In this document: one piece after another, positions 8,488-16,094 of the stretch
Layout of the letters: every line of letters starts with the position of its first letter
Position numbering within the stretch: position 1 is the first letter of the stretch
From: an uncultured Thermoleophilaceae bacterium
Lineage (GTDB): Bacteria; Actinomycetota; Thermoleophilia; Solirubrobacterales; Thermoleophilaceae
Assembly (NCBI GenBank): GCA_963778615.1
Contig: CAVZVD010000011.1
Coordinates: forward strand, 189,915 to 253,914
DNA: 64,000 nucleotides
Direction of reading: 5' to 3'
The notes under the pieces: generated by a model
What the model saw: the letters and a program-made list of their open reading frames with translations, nothing else
Databases searched by the model: none
Told to the model about the DNA's origin: nothing
Made by a program: the position numbers and the translations under genes

Positions 8488-8528
8488 GCACGGTGCACCA
8501 TAGCATGCACGGTGCACTACAACGCGGG

Positions 8529-8946
8529 TCAGCGCAGGCTGCCTGCGGGTGCCAGCCAGCGCGTCGGCTGGCCGGTGATCTCGGCGATGCGATCGTAGTC
8601 CTCGTCGTAGTGCAGGACCGCGACCCCGGCCGCTTCCGCGCGCCGACGATCGACAGCGGGTCTCGATCGGCTGATGCAATCCGCCGCGCACGCTGAGCTG
8701 CTCGCATCGACACCGCGCGCTCCCAGTGCTGCTTGCCGATCGGGCAGTCAGGAAGCGCGGCGAGCTCGTCGCGGATCTCCGCGAACTCGACCGGGTCGAC
8801 GGGCGCTGTACAGCAGCTCGAGGCGAACCATGTCGCAGGTCGCGAGCTCACCGATCGACGAGGGCCGCGTCGAAGGCGTGGCGCAGCTCCGGGTACGCCG
8901 GCCGGCGCGACCAGACCCAGGCGCTCGTGTCGGCCAGCTCCGTCAA
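8529..8946 (-). pseudogene. vapC: PIN-domain toxin VapC (second module), about three frameshifts as assembled
   Basis: Stitched from three reverse frames: (TTG 8946) TELADTSAWVWSRRPAYPELRHAFDAALVD / PVEFAEIRDELAALPDCPIGKQHWERAVSMRAAQRAR...DPLSIVGA / AEAAGVAVLHYDEDYDRIAEITGQPTRWLAPAGSLR* (stop 8529-8531). Confidence 0.7.
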
Positions 8947-9150
8947 GCCGTCCGGCCGGCGGGGCGGCGCATGGCCTCCAGCGACTCCGGCGTCGAGGGC
9001 CCTCGAAGTCACGTTGAGCCAGCCGTGCGCGACGGGCACGTGCGATCACGTCGCGCAGCGCCTCGTGAACCGTGTCGGTCGTCCGCTGCGTGCGCGAGCG
9101 ATTGCGTCTCGTCGACGCGCTCTATGTCGAGCTGTCCCGAACGCTTGGCT
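8943..9150 (-). pseudogene. vapB: VapB-family antitoxin (second module), frameshifted; 5' end uncertain
   Basis: Reverse-strand fragments: QLDIERVDETQSLAHAA / TDTVHEALRDVIARARRARLAQRDFEG / SLEAMRRPAGRTA*. This matches the pattern MRTxLDIDDxL...TKxxTVxxALRxxV...EGDLDxMR. Its TGA overlaps the TTG start of vapC at 8946. Confidence 0.5.
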
Positions 9151-9260
9151 CGATCGCGCTGTTGACCACCGACGCCCGGTTGGCGCGTGAATGCGATCTG
9201 GCCGAGCTCATCGCATAGCGCCCGGCATCGCTCGCGAGCTGCTCGCGGAGGGCAGTAGGG

Positions 9261-9824
9261 CTACGCCGCCAGGGGCTCGAGCAGGCGCAGCGTCTCGCTG
9301 ACGCGCGCCGCCACGCGCGCCGGCTCCATACCGTCCGCCGCCTCGGCCTTGGCGGCGTGCGAGACGGCCCCGAGCATGAACTCGACCTGGAGGGCGGGCA
9401 GGTCCCGCTCCTGCTCGTGCTCGACCTCGTCGGCCACGAGCTGGGCGACCCGCTGCCGGGCCGCAGCCCGGCGGGTCCTCAGGCGCGGGTGGGCAAGGAG
9501 CTCGTCGGCGAAGAAGAGCCTCGCCGCGCCCGGGGTCGACCCGATGCGGTCGAGCGCGGCGCGCATGCCGTCGAGGAAGCGCGATTGCCAGTCACCGGGA
9601 CCGTCGAACGCGTCGACGTGCAGCGCGTACAGCTCCTCCGAGAGCTCGTCGTAGGTGGCCGCCAGGCAGCTGTCGACGGTGCCGTAGTGGGCGACAAGGT
9701 CGGCCTCCGCAAGGTCCGCGCGCTCGGCTAGGTCGGCGGCGGCAAGGGCGTGTGGGTCCTCATTCCGGGCGAGCGCGGCGAGGAGCGCCTGACGCAGGCG
9801 GCGACAGACGTCGCAGTCGCCCAT
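9261..9824 (-). CDS. Atypical TetR-like regulator with N-terminal CxxC (paralog of 6501..7097)
   Basis: Part of ORF 9261..9908. ATG 9824 gives MGDCDVCRRLRQALLAALARNEDPHALAAADLAERADLAEADLVAHYGTVDSCLAATYDE. The layout matches 6501..7097, but the HTH is degenerate. Confidence 0.6.
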   Translation of the reverse strand: MGDCDVCRRLRQALLAALARNEDPHALAAADLAERADLAEADLVAHYGTVDSCLAATYDELSEELYALHVDAFDGPGDWQSRFLDGMRAALDRIGSTPGAARLFFADELLAHPRLRTRRAAARQRVAQLVADEVEHEQERDLPALQVEFMLGAVSHAAKAEAADGMEPARVAARVSETLRLLEPLAA

Positions 9825-9909
9825 GCATCCCTCCTCCTCCAGCTGCTGCCTGTCGATGAGCACCGGGACTCGAGCAGACACGGCGCGCGACTCTAGTAGA
9901 TCGTCCACC

Positions 9910-9925
9910 GAGAAACAAGCGAGTC
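9910..9925. promoter_or_regulatory. Candidate operator-like AT-rich element related to 7108-7123
   Basis: GAGAAACAAGCGAGTC followed by TTTAAGAAATCTTTC, in the divergent spacer 9825-9985. It resembles AGAGACAAACAAGTCTCCAAATCTCC in the paralogous spacer. Confidence 0.25.
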
Positions 9926-9985
9926 TTTAAGAAATCTTTCGGACGCGCTCGTGCATCCCCCTTGGCTACGGGTAAGGAGACAGCT

Positions 9986-10690
9986 ATGTTCCGTTTGGAC
10001 GTGCCCCCGCAGGGCTCCAGGGACAAGCGCCAGCCACACCAGCTGCCTCCGGGACGGCACGGCCTGCCGCGCAGCTTCGTCGTGAGCAACCAGCGCGAGC
10101 GGATCCTCTCGGCGGTCGCATACGTGACGAGCGCGGCGAGCTACTCGGAGATGAGCGTCGAGGACATCATCGTGACCGCGGGGGTGTCGCGGCGGACGTT
10201 CTACGAGCACTTCAAGAACAAGGAGGACGTGTTCCTGGCCGCGTACGACGCGGTGGCGGGGCAGCTCGCGCAGGACGTCGTGGCGGCGGTGGAGTCCGCG
10301 GACACGTTCGCCGACCAGTGCGCGGCCGGGCTGCGGTCCTTCCTGGAGTTCGTGGCCTCGGAGCCGGCGTTCGCGCGGATGTGCATCGTGGAGGTGCTGG
10401 CGGCGGGCCCGGAGGCGATCAAGCGGCGCAACGACACGATGCACGCGTTCGCGGCCCTGATCCACCACAAGGCGGAGGAGCTGCTGGAGGGAAAGATCCC
10501 GCCGTCCCTGACCGCCGAGACCGTGGTGGGCGGGATCTACGAGGTGGTCTACACCCGGGTGCTGCGCGGCGAGATCCAGGACCTGCCCGCGATGCTGCCG
10601 GACCTCATCTACTCGTCGCTGCTCCCCTACATGGGCGTCGAGGCGGCCCGGGAGGAGCGGGCGCGGCTGCCGGAGGCGAAGGCGGCCTAA
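9986..10690 (+). CDS. TetR-family transcriptional regulator
   Basis: ORF 9962..10690. ATG 9986 is preceded by AAGGAG at a 6-nt spacing. MFRLDVPPQGSRDKRQPHQLPPGRHGLPRSFVVSNQRERILSAV...SYSEMSVEDIIVTAGVSRRTFYEHFKNK. Confidence 0.85.
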   Translation: MFRLDVPPQGSRDKRQPHQLPPGRHGLPRSFVVSNQRERILSAVAYVTSAASYSEMSVEDIIVTAGVSRRTFYEHFKNKEDVFLAAYDAVAGQLAQDVVAAVESADTFADQCAAGLRSFLEFVASEPAFARMCIVEVLAAGPEAIKRRNDTMHAFAALIHHKAEELLEGKIPPSLTAETVVGGIYEVVYTRVLRGEIQDLPAMLPDLIYSSLLPYMGVEAAREERARLPEAKAA

Positions 10691-10735
10691 GGGGCCCTCG
10701 AGGACGCCGCGCGACCGGCTGGTATCGTTAACTGG

Positions 10736-11047
10736 GTGGTTAACGATCCGTTCAAGGCGCTGTCGCATCCGATCCGCCGCGGCATCGTCGAGCGTCTGGC
10801 CGCAGGTTCGGCCACGGTCGGCGACGCCACCGCCGGCTTCGGGGTGTCCAAGCCCGCGATCTCCAAGCACCTGAAGGTGCTGGAGGAGACCGGCGTCGTC
10901 AGGCGTGAGGTCGTGGGCCGCACGCACCGGCTCTCGCTCGAGCCCGCTGTGCTCGGCGAGGCGGCCGACTGGATGGATCGCCAGCGCGCCCTGTGGGGCC
11001 GCCTGTTCGACGTAGTCGACGAGTACCTGAAGGAGGACAAGGACTGA
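10736..11047 (+). CDS. ArsR/SmtB-family transcriptional regulator
   Basis: ORF 10736..11047 (103 aa). FKALSHPIRRGIVERLAAGSATVGDATAGFGVSKPAISKHLKVLEETGVV is a winged HTH. Confidence 0.9.
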   Translation: MVNDPFKALSHPIRRGIVERLAAGSATVGDATAGFGVSKPAISKHLKVLEETGVVRREVVGRTHRLSLEPAVLGEAADWMDRQRALWGRLFDVVDEYLKEDKD

Positions 11048-11745
11048 TGGACACGCCCCCAATCGTCTCGCCGGAGGAGTGGATCGCCGCGCGGGAGAAG
11101 CTGCTCGTGAAGGAGAAGGCGCACATGCGGGCCGGCGACGCGCTGGTCGCCGAGCGCCGCCGGATGCCGTGGATGGCGGTGGAGAAGGAGTACAGGTTCG
11201 ACGGCCCGGATGGCCCGGCCAGCCTGCACGACCTGTTCGACGGCCGGCGCCAGCTGATCGTCTACCGCGCCTTCTACGCGCCGGACGTCACCACCTACCC
11301 GGAGTCGGGCGGCGCGTACCCGGAGCGGGCCTGCGTGGGTTGCTCGATGGTCGCCGACCAGGTCGCCCACCCCGCCCACCTGCACGCGCGCGACACGACG
11401 CTCGCGTTCGCCTCGCGCGCACCCCAGGCCGAGATCCAAGGCCTGAAGGAGCGCATGGGCTGGGAGCTGCTCCCCTGGTACACGGTCACCGACGACTTCG
11501 ACAAGGACTTCGGGGTGGACGAGTGGCACGGCCACAACGCGTTCATCCGTGAGGGCGACCGGATCTACCGCACCTACTTCATCACCGGCCGCGGCTCCGA
11601 GGCGATCGGCACCACCTGGAGCCACCTCGACATGACCGCGCTCGGCCGCCAGGAGGAGTGGGAGGACTCGCCCGAGGGCTACCCGCAGACCTCGCGGGCC
11701 GGCGGGTGGTGGAACTACCACGACGCCTACCCCAAGGCCTCGTGA
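11047..11745 (+). CDS. DUF899 thioredoxin-like family protein
   Basis: Within ORF 10993..11745. ATG 11047 overlaps the ArsR TGA by 1 nt. MDTPPIVSPEEWIAAREKLLVKEKAHMRAGDALVAERRRMPWMAVEKEYRFDGPDGPASLHDLFDGRRQLIVY...CVGCS matches my memory of DUF899. Confidence 0.85.
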   Translation: MDTPPIVSPEEWIAAREKLLVKEKAHMRAGDALVAERRRMPWMAVEKEYRFDGPDGPASLHDLFDGRRQLIVYRAFYAPDVTTYPESGGAYPERACVGCSMVADQVAHPAHLHARDTTLAFASRAPQAEIQGLKERMGWELLPWYTVTDDFDKDFGVDEWHGHNAFIREGDRIYRTYFITGRGSEAIGTTWSHLDMTALGRQEEWEDSPEGYPQTSRAGGWWNYHDAYPKAS

Positions 11746-11886
11746 TCGCCCACGTCGGACCTCTTCCGCTGGAGGAGATCCTGCCGTCCGTGACCGCAGC
11801 GGGCGCCGGGCTCGCGCTGGCGCGCACGTGGATAGTGCTCCACGTGCGACGCCGGCGCGAGCGCGGCAGTTGACGGGGCGCCGGGC

Positions 11887-12775
11887 CTAGCTCGGGTTGG
11901 CGGCGTCTGCCAGGGCGGCCACGAGCTGCTCGTCGGTCGGGCGGGCGCCGGTGTCGGGCAGCAGGGCGTAGACGTCGCGCTGGGCGGGTTGGTCCTGCAC
12001 GGTGGCGATGTGGACGCCGTGGAGGTGGGCGGCGAGCAGCCGCGGGGTGAGGCTGACGGCGAGTCCGGCGGCGATGATGGCGCGGATCGAGAGCGGGTCG
12101 CTGGAGATGTAGGCGATGCGGGGAGTGAAGCCGGCTCGGGCGCAGGCGCGCGCGATCAGGCCGTCGCGTGAGGCTGCGGTCCAGGGATCGTGAGCGAGGT
12201 CCGAGAGGGCGATGGGGTCGCGGCCGCGGAGGCGGTGGTGGGGCGGCAGGGCGGCGACCATGGGTTCGGTGAAGAGGTCGTGCCGGCGGGTGCCCGGGTG
12301 CTCCTGGCGGGCGGCGTGGGCGTCCTGGAAGGCGACGGCGAGATGCAGCGAGCCGTCGCGTACGCCGCTCGCGAGCTCGTCTGTGCGTCCTTCGGTGACG
12401 CTGACCTGCAGGTCTGGCTCTCTTGCGAGCAGGGCGGAGACGGCGACCGGGACGATCGTGGCCAGCACGCTGGGGAAGGCGCCTATGCGCAGCTCGCGGC
12501 GCTCGGCGGCGACTTCCTCGGCGATCTGAGCGTCCGCGAGGGTGAGGCGGTCGGCGATCGCGCCGGCGTGTTCGAGCAGCTGCTCGCCGGGTGGAGTGAG
12601 CCGCAGGCCGCCCGGGCGCGCGGTCCAGCAGCCGCGTGCCGAGCTGGCGCTCGAGCGCGGCGACCTGCTGGGAGACGGCGGATTGCGTGAGCGACAGCGT
12701 TTCGGCGGCGCGCGAGAACGATCGCTGGCGGGCGACCTCGCGGAAGGTCAGCAGGCGCCGCGGATCCATCGACAT
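11887..12775 (-). CDS. LysR-family transcriptional regulator (one frameshift near 12620 as assembled)
   Basis: The N-terminal HTH MSMDPRRLLTFREVARQRSFSRAAETLSLTQSAVSQQVAALERQLGTRLLDR lies in ORF 11582..12775. The substrate-binding domain lies in ORF 11887..12468 (...LATIVPVAVSALLAREPDLQVSVTEGRTDELASGVRDGSLHLAVAF...). Confidence 0.85.
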
Positions 12776-12880
12776 TAGTTCAGCTTATGCGACTCGCGGA
12801 TTTCGACTTGTGGCTACTGGCGCTTCGGCGGGCATTCTGTTGCCATGTATCCGACTGCGAGCCCGATCACCGGAACCCCC

Positions 12881-13903
12881 ATGAAGACCACGACGCTCGG
12901 ACCGTTCACCGTCGGCCGCCTGGCCCTCGGCACGATGCTGATGGGCGCCCAGACGCCGGTCGAGGAGTCCCACCGGATCCTCGACCGCTTCGTGGACGCG
13001 GGCGGCAACCTCCTCGACACCGCCGACACCTACTCGGACGGCGGCTCGGAGGAGACGCTCGCGCCGTGGCTGCGCCGGCACCGCGACGAGGTCGTGCTCG
13101 CCACCAAGTGCCGCTTTCCGGTGTCGGATCCGGGCGGCGAGGGGCTCGCACCGAGCCGGATCGTCAAGGCGTGCGACGCGAGCCTGCGCCGCATGGGCGT
13201 CGACGTGATCGACCTCTACCAGGTGCATGCGCCCGATCCCGACACGCCGCTGGAGGAGACGCTCGAGGCGCTCGACGGGCTCGTGCGCGCCGGCAAGGTG
13301 CGCGCGCTCGGGGCCTCCAACTTCCCCGCCTGGCTGCTGGCGTGGGCGGTCGCCACCCAGGACCGCGAGGGCTGGGCGCCGTTCGTCTCGCTGCAGCCCC
13401 AGTACTCGCTCGTCGAGCGCTCGATCGAGACCGAGATCCTGCCGTTCTGCCGCGCCGCCGGGCTGGGCGTCATCCCCTGGGGCCCGCTCGGCGCCGGCTT
13501 CCTGAGCGGCAAGTACCGGCGCGGCGAGCGCCCGCCCGCGGGCAGCCGGATCGACGGCGTGGACGAGACGTACGAAGAGGCCTTGCAGCGCCGCGGGATC
13601 GAACGCAACTTCGCCGTGGTCGACGCGGCAGCCGAGATCGCCGAGGCGCGCGGCGCCACGGTCGCGCAGGTCGCGATCGCCTGGCTGCTCGGGACGCCCG
13701 GCGTGACCGCGCCGGCAATCGGGCCGCGCACGTTCGAGCACCTCGAGGACCTGCTCGGCGCCGACGGCCTCGAGCTCACCGAAGACGAGCGCGCCCGGCT
13801 CGAGGCGCCCGCCGGCCCGCCGCCCGTGTACCCGCAGCGGTTGCTGCGCGAGCAGCTCGGGATCGGCGACGTTCCGTCCGTGAGGCGTACCATGGCTACA
13901 TGA
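12881..13903 (+). CDS. Aldo/keto reductase
   Basis: ORF 12845..13903. The likely start is ATG 12881 (MKTTTLGPFTVGRLALGTMLMG). Motifs: DTADTYSDGGSEE, IDLYQVHAPD, GKVRALGASNF. Divergent from the LysR gene. Intact. Confidence 0.9.
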   Translation: MKTTTLGPFTVGRLALGTMLMGAQTPVEESHRILDRFVDAGGNLLDTADTYSDGGSEETLAPWLRRHRDEVVLATKCRFPVSDPGGEGLAPSRIVKACDASLRRMGVDVIDLYQVHAPDPDTPLEETLEALDGLVRAGKVRALGASNFPAWLLAWAVATQDREGWAPFVSLQPQYSLVERSIETEILPFCRAAGLGVIPWGPLGAGFLSGKYRRGERPPAGSRIDGVDETYEEALQRRGIERNFAVVDAAAEIAEARGATVAQVAIAWLLGTPGVTAPAIGPRTFEHLEDLLGADGLELTEDERARLEAPAGPPPVYPQRLLREQLGIGDVPSVRRTMAT

Positions 13904-14151
13904 CCCGTGCCGAGGCGGAGGAGCGCGCCCGCACCCTGCAGGCAGAGGATCCCGAGAGGGACACGCACCGCTTCATCGCACGCCCGGGCCCCGACGGCGG
14001 CTGGCAGGTCGTGAAGGTGGAGATCCCGCAGCACCTGCGGCACGAGAAGCTGACGCCCACGATCGAGGAGCGTCCGCGGCCGAGCCACGCGGACGATCCC
14101 CGCACGGGTCACGAGCAGCGAGCGCCCGGGTTTCCGGGCGGCGTGGGGTAG
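13900..14151 (+). CDS. Small hypothetical protein (84 aa)
   Basis: Tail of ORF 12787..14151. ATG 13900 overlaps the AKR stop (ATGA). MTRAEAEERARTLQAEDPERDTHRFIARPGPDGGWQVVKVEIP... No family recognised. Confidence 0.5.
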   Translation: MTRAEAEERARTLQAEDPERDTHRFIARPGPDGGWQVVKVEIPQHLRHEKLTPTIEERPRPSHADDPRTGHEQRAPGFPGGVG

Positions 14152-14283
14152 CCGCGCTCTGACGCCAGGGGTTGGCGCCCGCCGACGGGGGTCGGCCTAC
14201 CACGGTTCCTCGCGAATCGCCGCACGGGCGCTGGCCTCTGTTCGGGAGGCTAGGCCCTAGACAGCCGTACAAGCCCTCCCTCC

Positions 14284-14311
14284 GATGTCTGTACACAGGG
14301 CGAAAGACATC
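14284..14311. promoter_or_regulatory. Inverted repeat GATGTCT-N14-AGACATC upstream of amtB (candidate regulator site)
   Basis: Perfect 7-bp arms at 14284-14290 and 14305-14311, 28-55 nt upstream of ATG 14339. A small hairpin TCGGGC-GTA-GCCCGA follows at 14313-14327. Confidence 0.3.
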
Positions 14312-14338
14312 GCTCGGGCGTAGCCCGACGATGCGGCC

Positions 14339-15716
14339 ATGGAACCCACGCTCAACGATGCTCTCGGCCGCATCGACACCGTCTGGGTGCTCGTCGCCGG
14401 CATCCTCGTCTTCTTCATGCAGGCCGGCTTCTTGCTGTTGGAGGTCGGGCTTCTCGCGCATGAAGAACGCCGGCACGGTGGTCGCGAAGGTCATCGCCAA
14501 CCTCTCGATCGCGGCGCTCTGCTACTGGGCGGTCGGGTTCGCCCTGGCGTTCGGCGGCACCGGCTGGTTCGCCGGCACCGAGGGCACCTTCCTCGGCACC
14601 ATCGAGCAGTCGGCCTTCCCCGCGATGGAGTTCTCCGCCGCGGCGGTGCCCGCCAAGTTCTTCTTCCAGTTCGCGTTCTGCGCCGTCTCGCTCGCGATCG
14701 TCTGGGGCACCACGCTCGAGCGCATCAAGTTCGGCGCCTACCTCATCTACGCGGTCATCTTCAGCGCGCTGATCTACCCGATCATCAGCCACTGGATCTT
14801 CGGCGGCGGCTGGCTCCAGGTGAACTTCGGCATGCAGGACTTCGCCGGCTCCACGGTGATCCACCTGATCGGGGCCACCGGCGCGCTCGCCGCGCTCCTC
14901 CTGCTCGGCCCGCGCCAGGGCAAGTACGGACGCGACGGCAAGCCCAACGTCATCCCCGGCCACTCCATGCCGCTCGTGGGCCTCGGCGTGCTGATCCTGT
15001 TCGTCGGCTGGTTCGGCTTCAACGCCGGCTCGACCCTGGGCGTGGCCGACGGCCGCTTCGCCGAGGTGGCCATCGTCACCGTGCTCGGCGCCGCCGGCGG
15101 CGTGATGGGCGCCATGGCCACGAGCTGGCTGATCACGCGGACCTTCGACATCGGCATGACCGGCAACGGCGTCATCGCCGGCCTTGTGGGCATCACCGCA
15201 GGCTCCGGCTATGTCGAGTACTGGGCCGCTCTGCCGATCGGGATCGTGGCCGGGATCCTGGTGGTGGTCTGCGTCATCGCGATCGACAAGGTGCTCGACG
15301 ACCCGATCGGCGCGCTCTCCGCGCACGGCGTGGCGGGCGTGTGGGGCACGATCGCCTGCGGCCTCTTCACCGCCCCGCGCCTTGCCGAGTACAACGCGAT
15401 CGGCGAGGGCGGCCTGTTCTACACCGGCTCGGTCGACCAGCTCGCCGCACAGGCGCTCGGCGTGGCCGCGGCGTTCAGCTCGGTGTTCGTGGTCAGCTTC
15501 ATCGTCTTCTTCCTGATCAAGGCCACCTACGGCCTGCGCGTGAAGCCCGAGGAGGAGCGCTACGGACTCGACCTCGTCGAGCACGGCATGTGGGGCTACC
15601 CCGAGCAGTTCATGCCGGTGCCCGGCTCCGAGTACCACCAGCCGGCGGCGCCCGCCCAGCGGCCGACGCCGAGACCGGTGCCGGTCGGGCTGTCGACCAG
15701 GACCCAGGAGAGCTAG
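14339..15716 (+). CDS. amtB: Ammonium transporter AmtB (one frameshift at the GGG run ~14446-14448 as assembled)
   Basis: The N-terminus MEPTLNDALGRIDTVWVLVAGILVFFMQAGFLLLEVG is in the ORF 14339 frame. The rest, FSRMKNAGTVVAKVIANLSIAALCYWAVGFALAFGG...GSTVIHLIGATGALAA...HGVAGVWGTIACGLF, is in ORF 14172..15716. Confidence 0.9.
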
Positions 15717-15725
15717 GAGCCATCC

Positions 15726-16094
15726 ATGAAGAAGATCGAGGCGATCATCCGGCCCGAGCGGCTCCAGGACGTGCAGGACGCGCTCGATGAGCTGGGCGTG
15801 TCCGGCCTCACCGTGTCCGAGGTGATGGGCTGCGGGCGCCAGAAGGGCTACACCGAGCAGTACCGCGGCTCGCGGGCGAACATCTCGCTGCTGCCGAAGC
15901 TCAAGATCGAGTCGGTGGTGTCCACCGAGGTGGTGGACAAGGCCGTCGACGCGATCGTGGGCGCCGCCTACACGGGCGAGATCGGAGACGGGCGGGTGTT
16001 CGTGTATCCGGTCGACCAGTCGGTGCGAATCCGGACCGGCGAACGCGGCGAGGAGACGGTGAGGCACGAGGCGCCCGTGGGCTGGGGCTACTAG
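15726..16094 (+). CDS. glnK: Nitrogen regulatory protein P-II (GlnK type, by linkage to amtB)
   Basis: ORF 15726..16094 (122 aa). MKKIEAIIRPERLQDVQDALDELGVSGLTVSEVMGCGRQKGYTEQYRGS, with the T-loop Tyr present. Confidence 0.95.
   Translation: MKKIEAIIRPERLQDVQDALDELGVSGLTVSEVMGCGRQKGYTEQYRGSRANISLLPKLKIESVVSTEVVDKAVDAIVGAAYTGEIGDGRVFVYPVDQSVRIRTGERGEETVRHEAPVGWGY

Noticed and set aside
9113-9217. Plus-strand peptide VDALYVELSRTLGSIALLTTDARLARECDLAELIA*, which looks like a PIN-domain C-terminus
   Set aside because: Its 5' part is the exact antisense of the vapB-2 N-terminus (QLDIERVD). No PIN N-terminal half exists upstream, because that space is occupied by vapBC-2 on the other strand. It could be a ~27-aa relic of a third toxin, but a high-GC antisense coincidence cannot be excluded.
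9893-11062. 389-aa minus-strand ORF
   Set aside because: It is antisense to the TetR (9986-10690) and ArsR (10736-11047) genes, both of which have clear HTH motifs. It has a shadow-ORF composition.
12787-13899. First ~370 aa of the 454-aa ORF 12787..14151
   Set aside because: It is an out-of-frame overlap with the intact aldo-keto reductase. The sequence is Arg/Pro/Gly-rich. Only the 84-aa tail after the AKR stop may be real.
14415-16067. 550-aa minus-strand ORF across amtB and glnK
   Set aside because: It is antisense to two unmistakable genes (the AmtB TM core and P-II). The sequence is Arg/Gly/His-rich and low-complexity, a shadow ORF.
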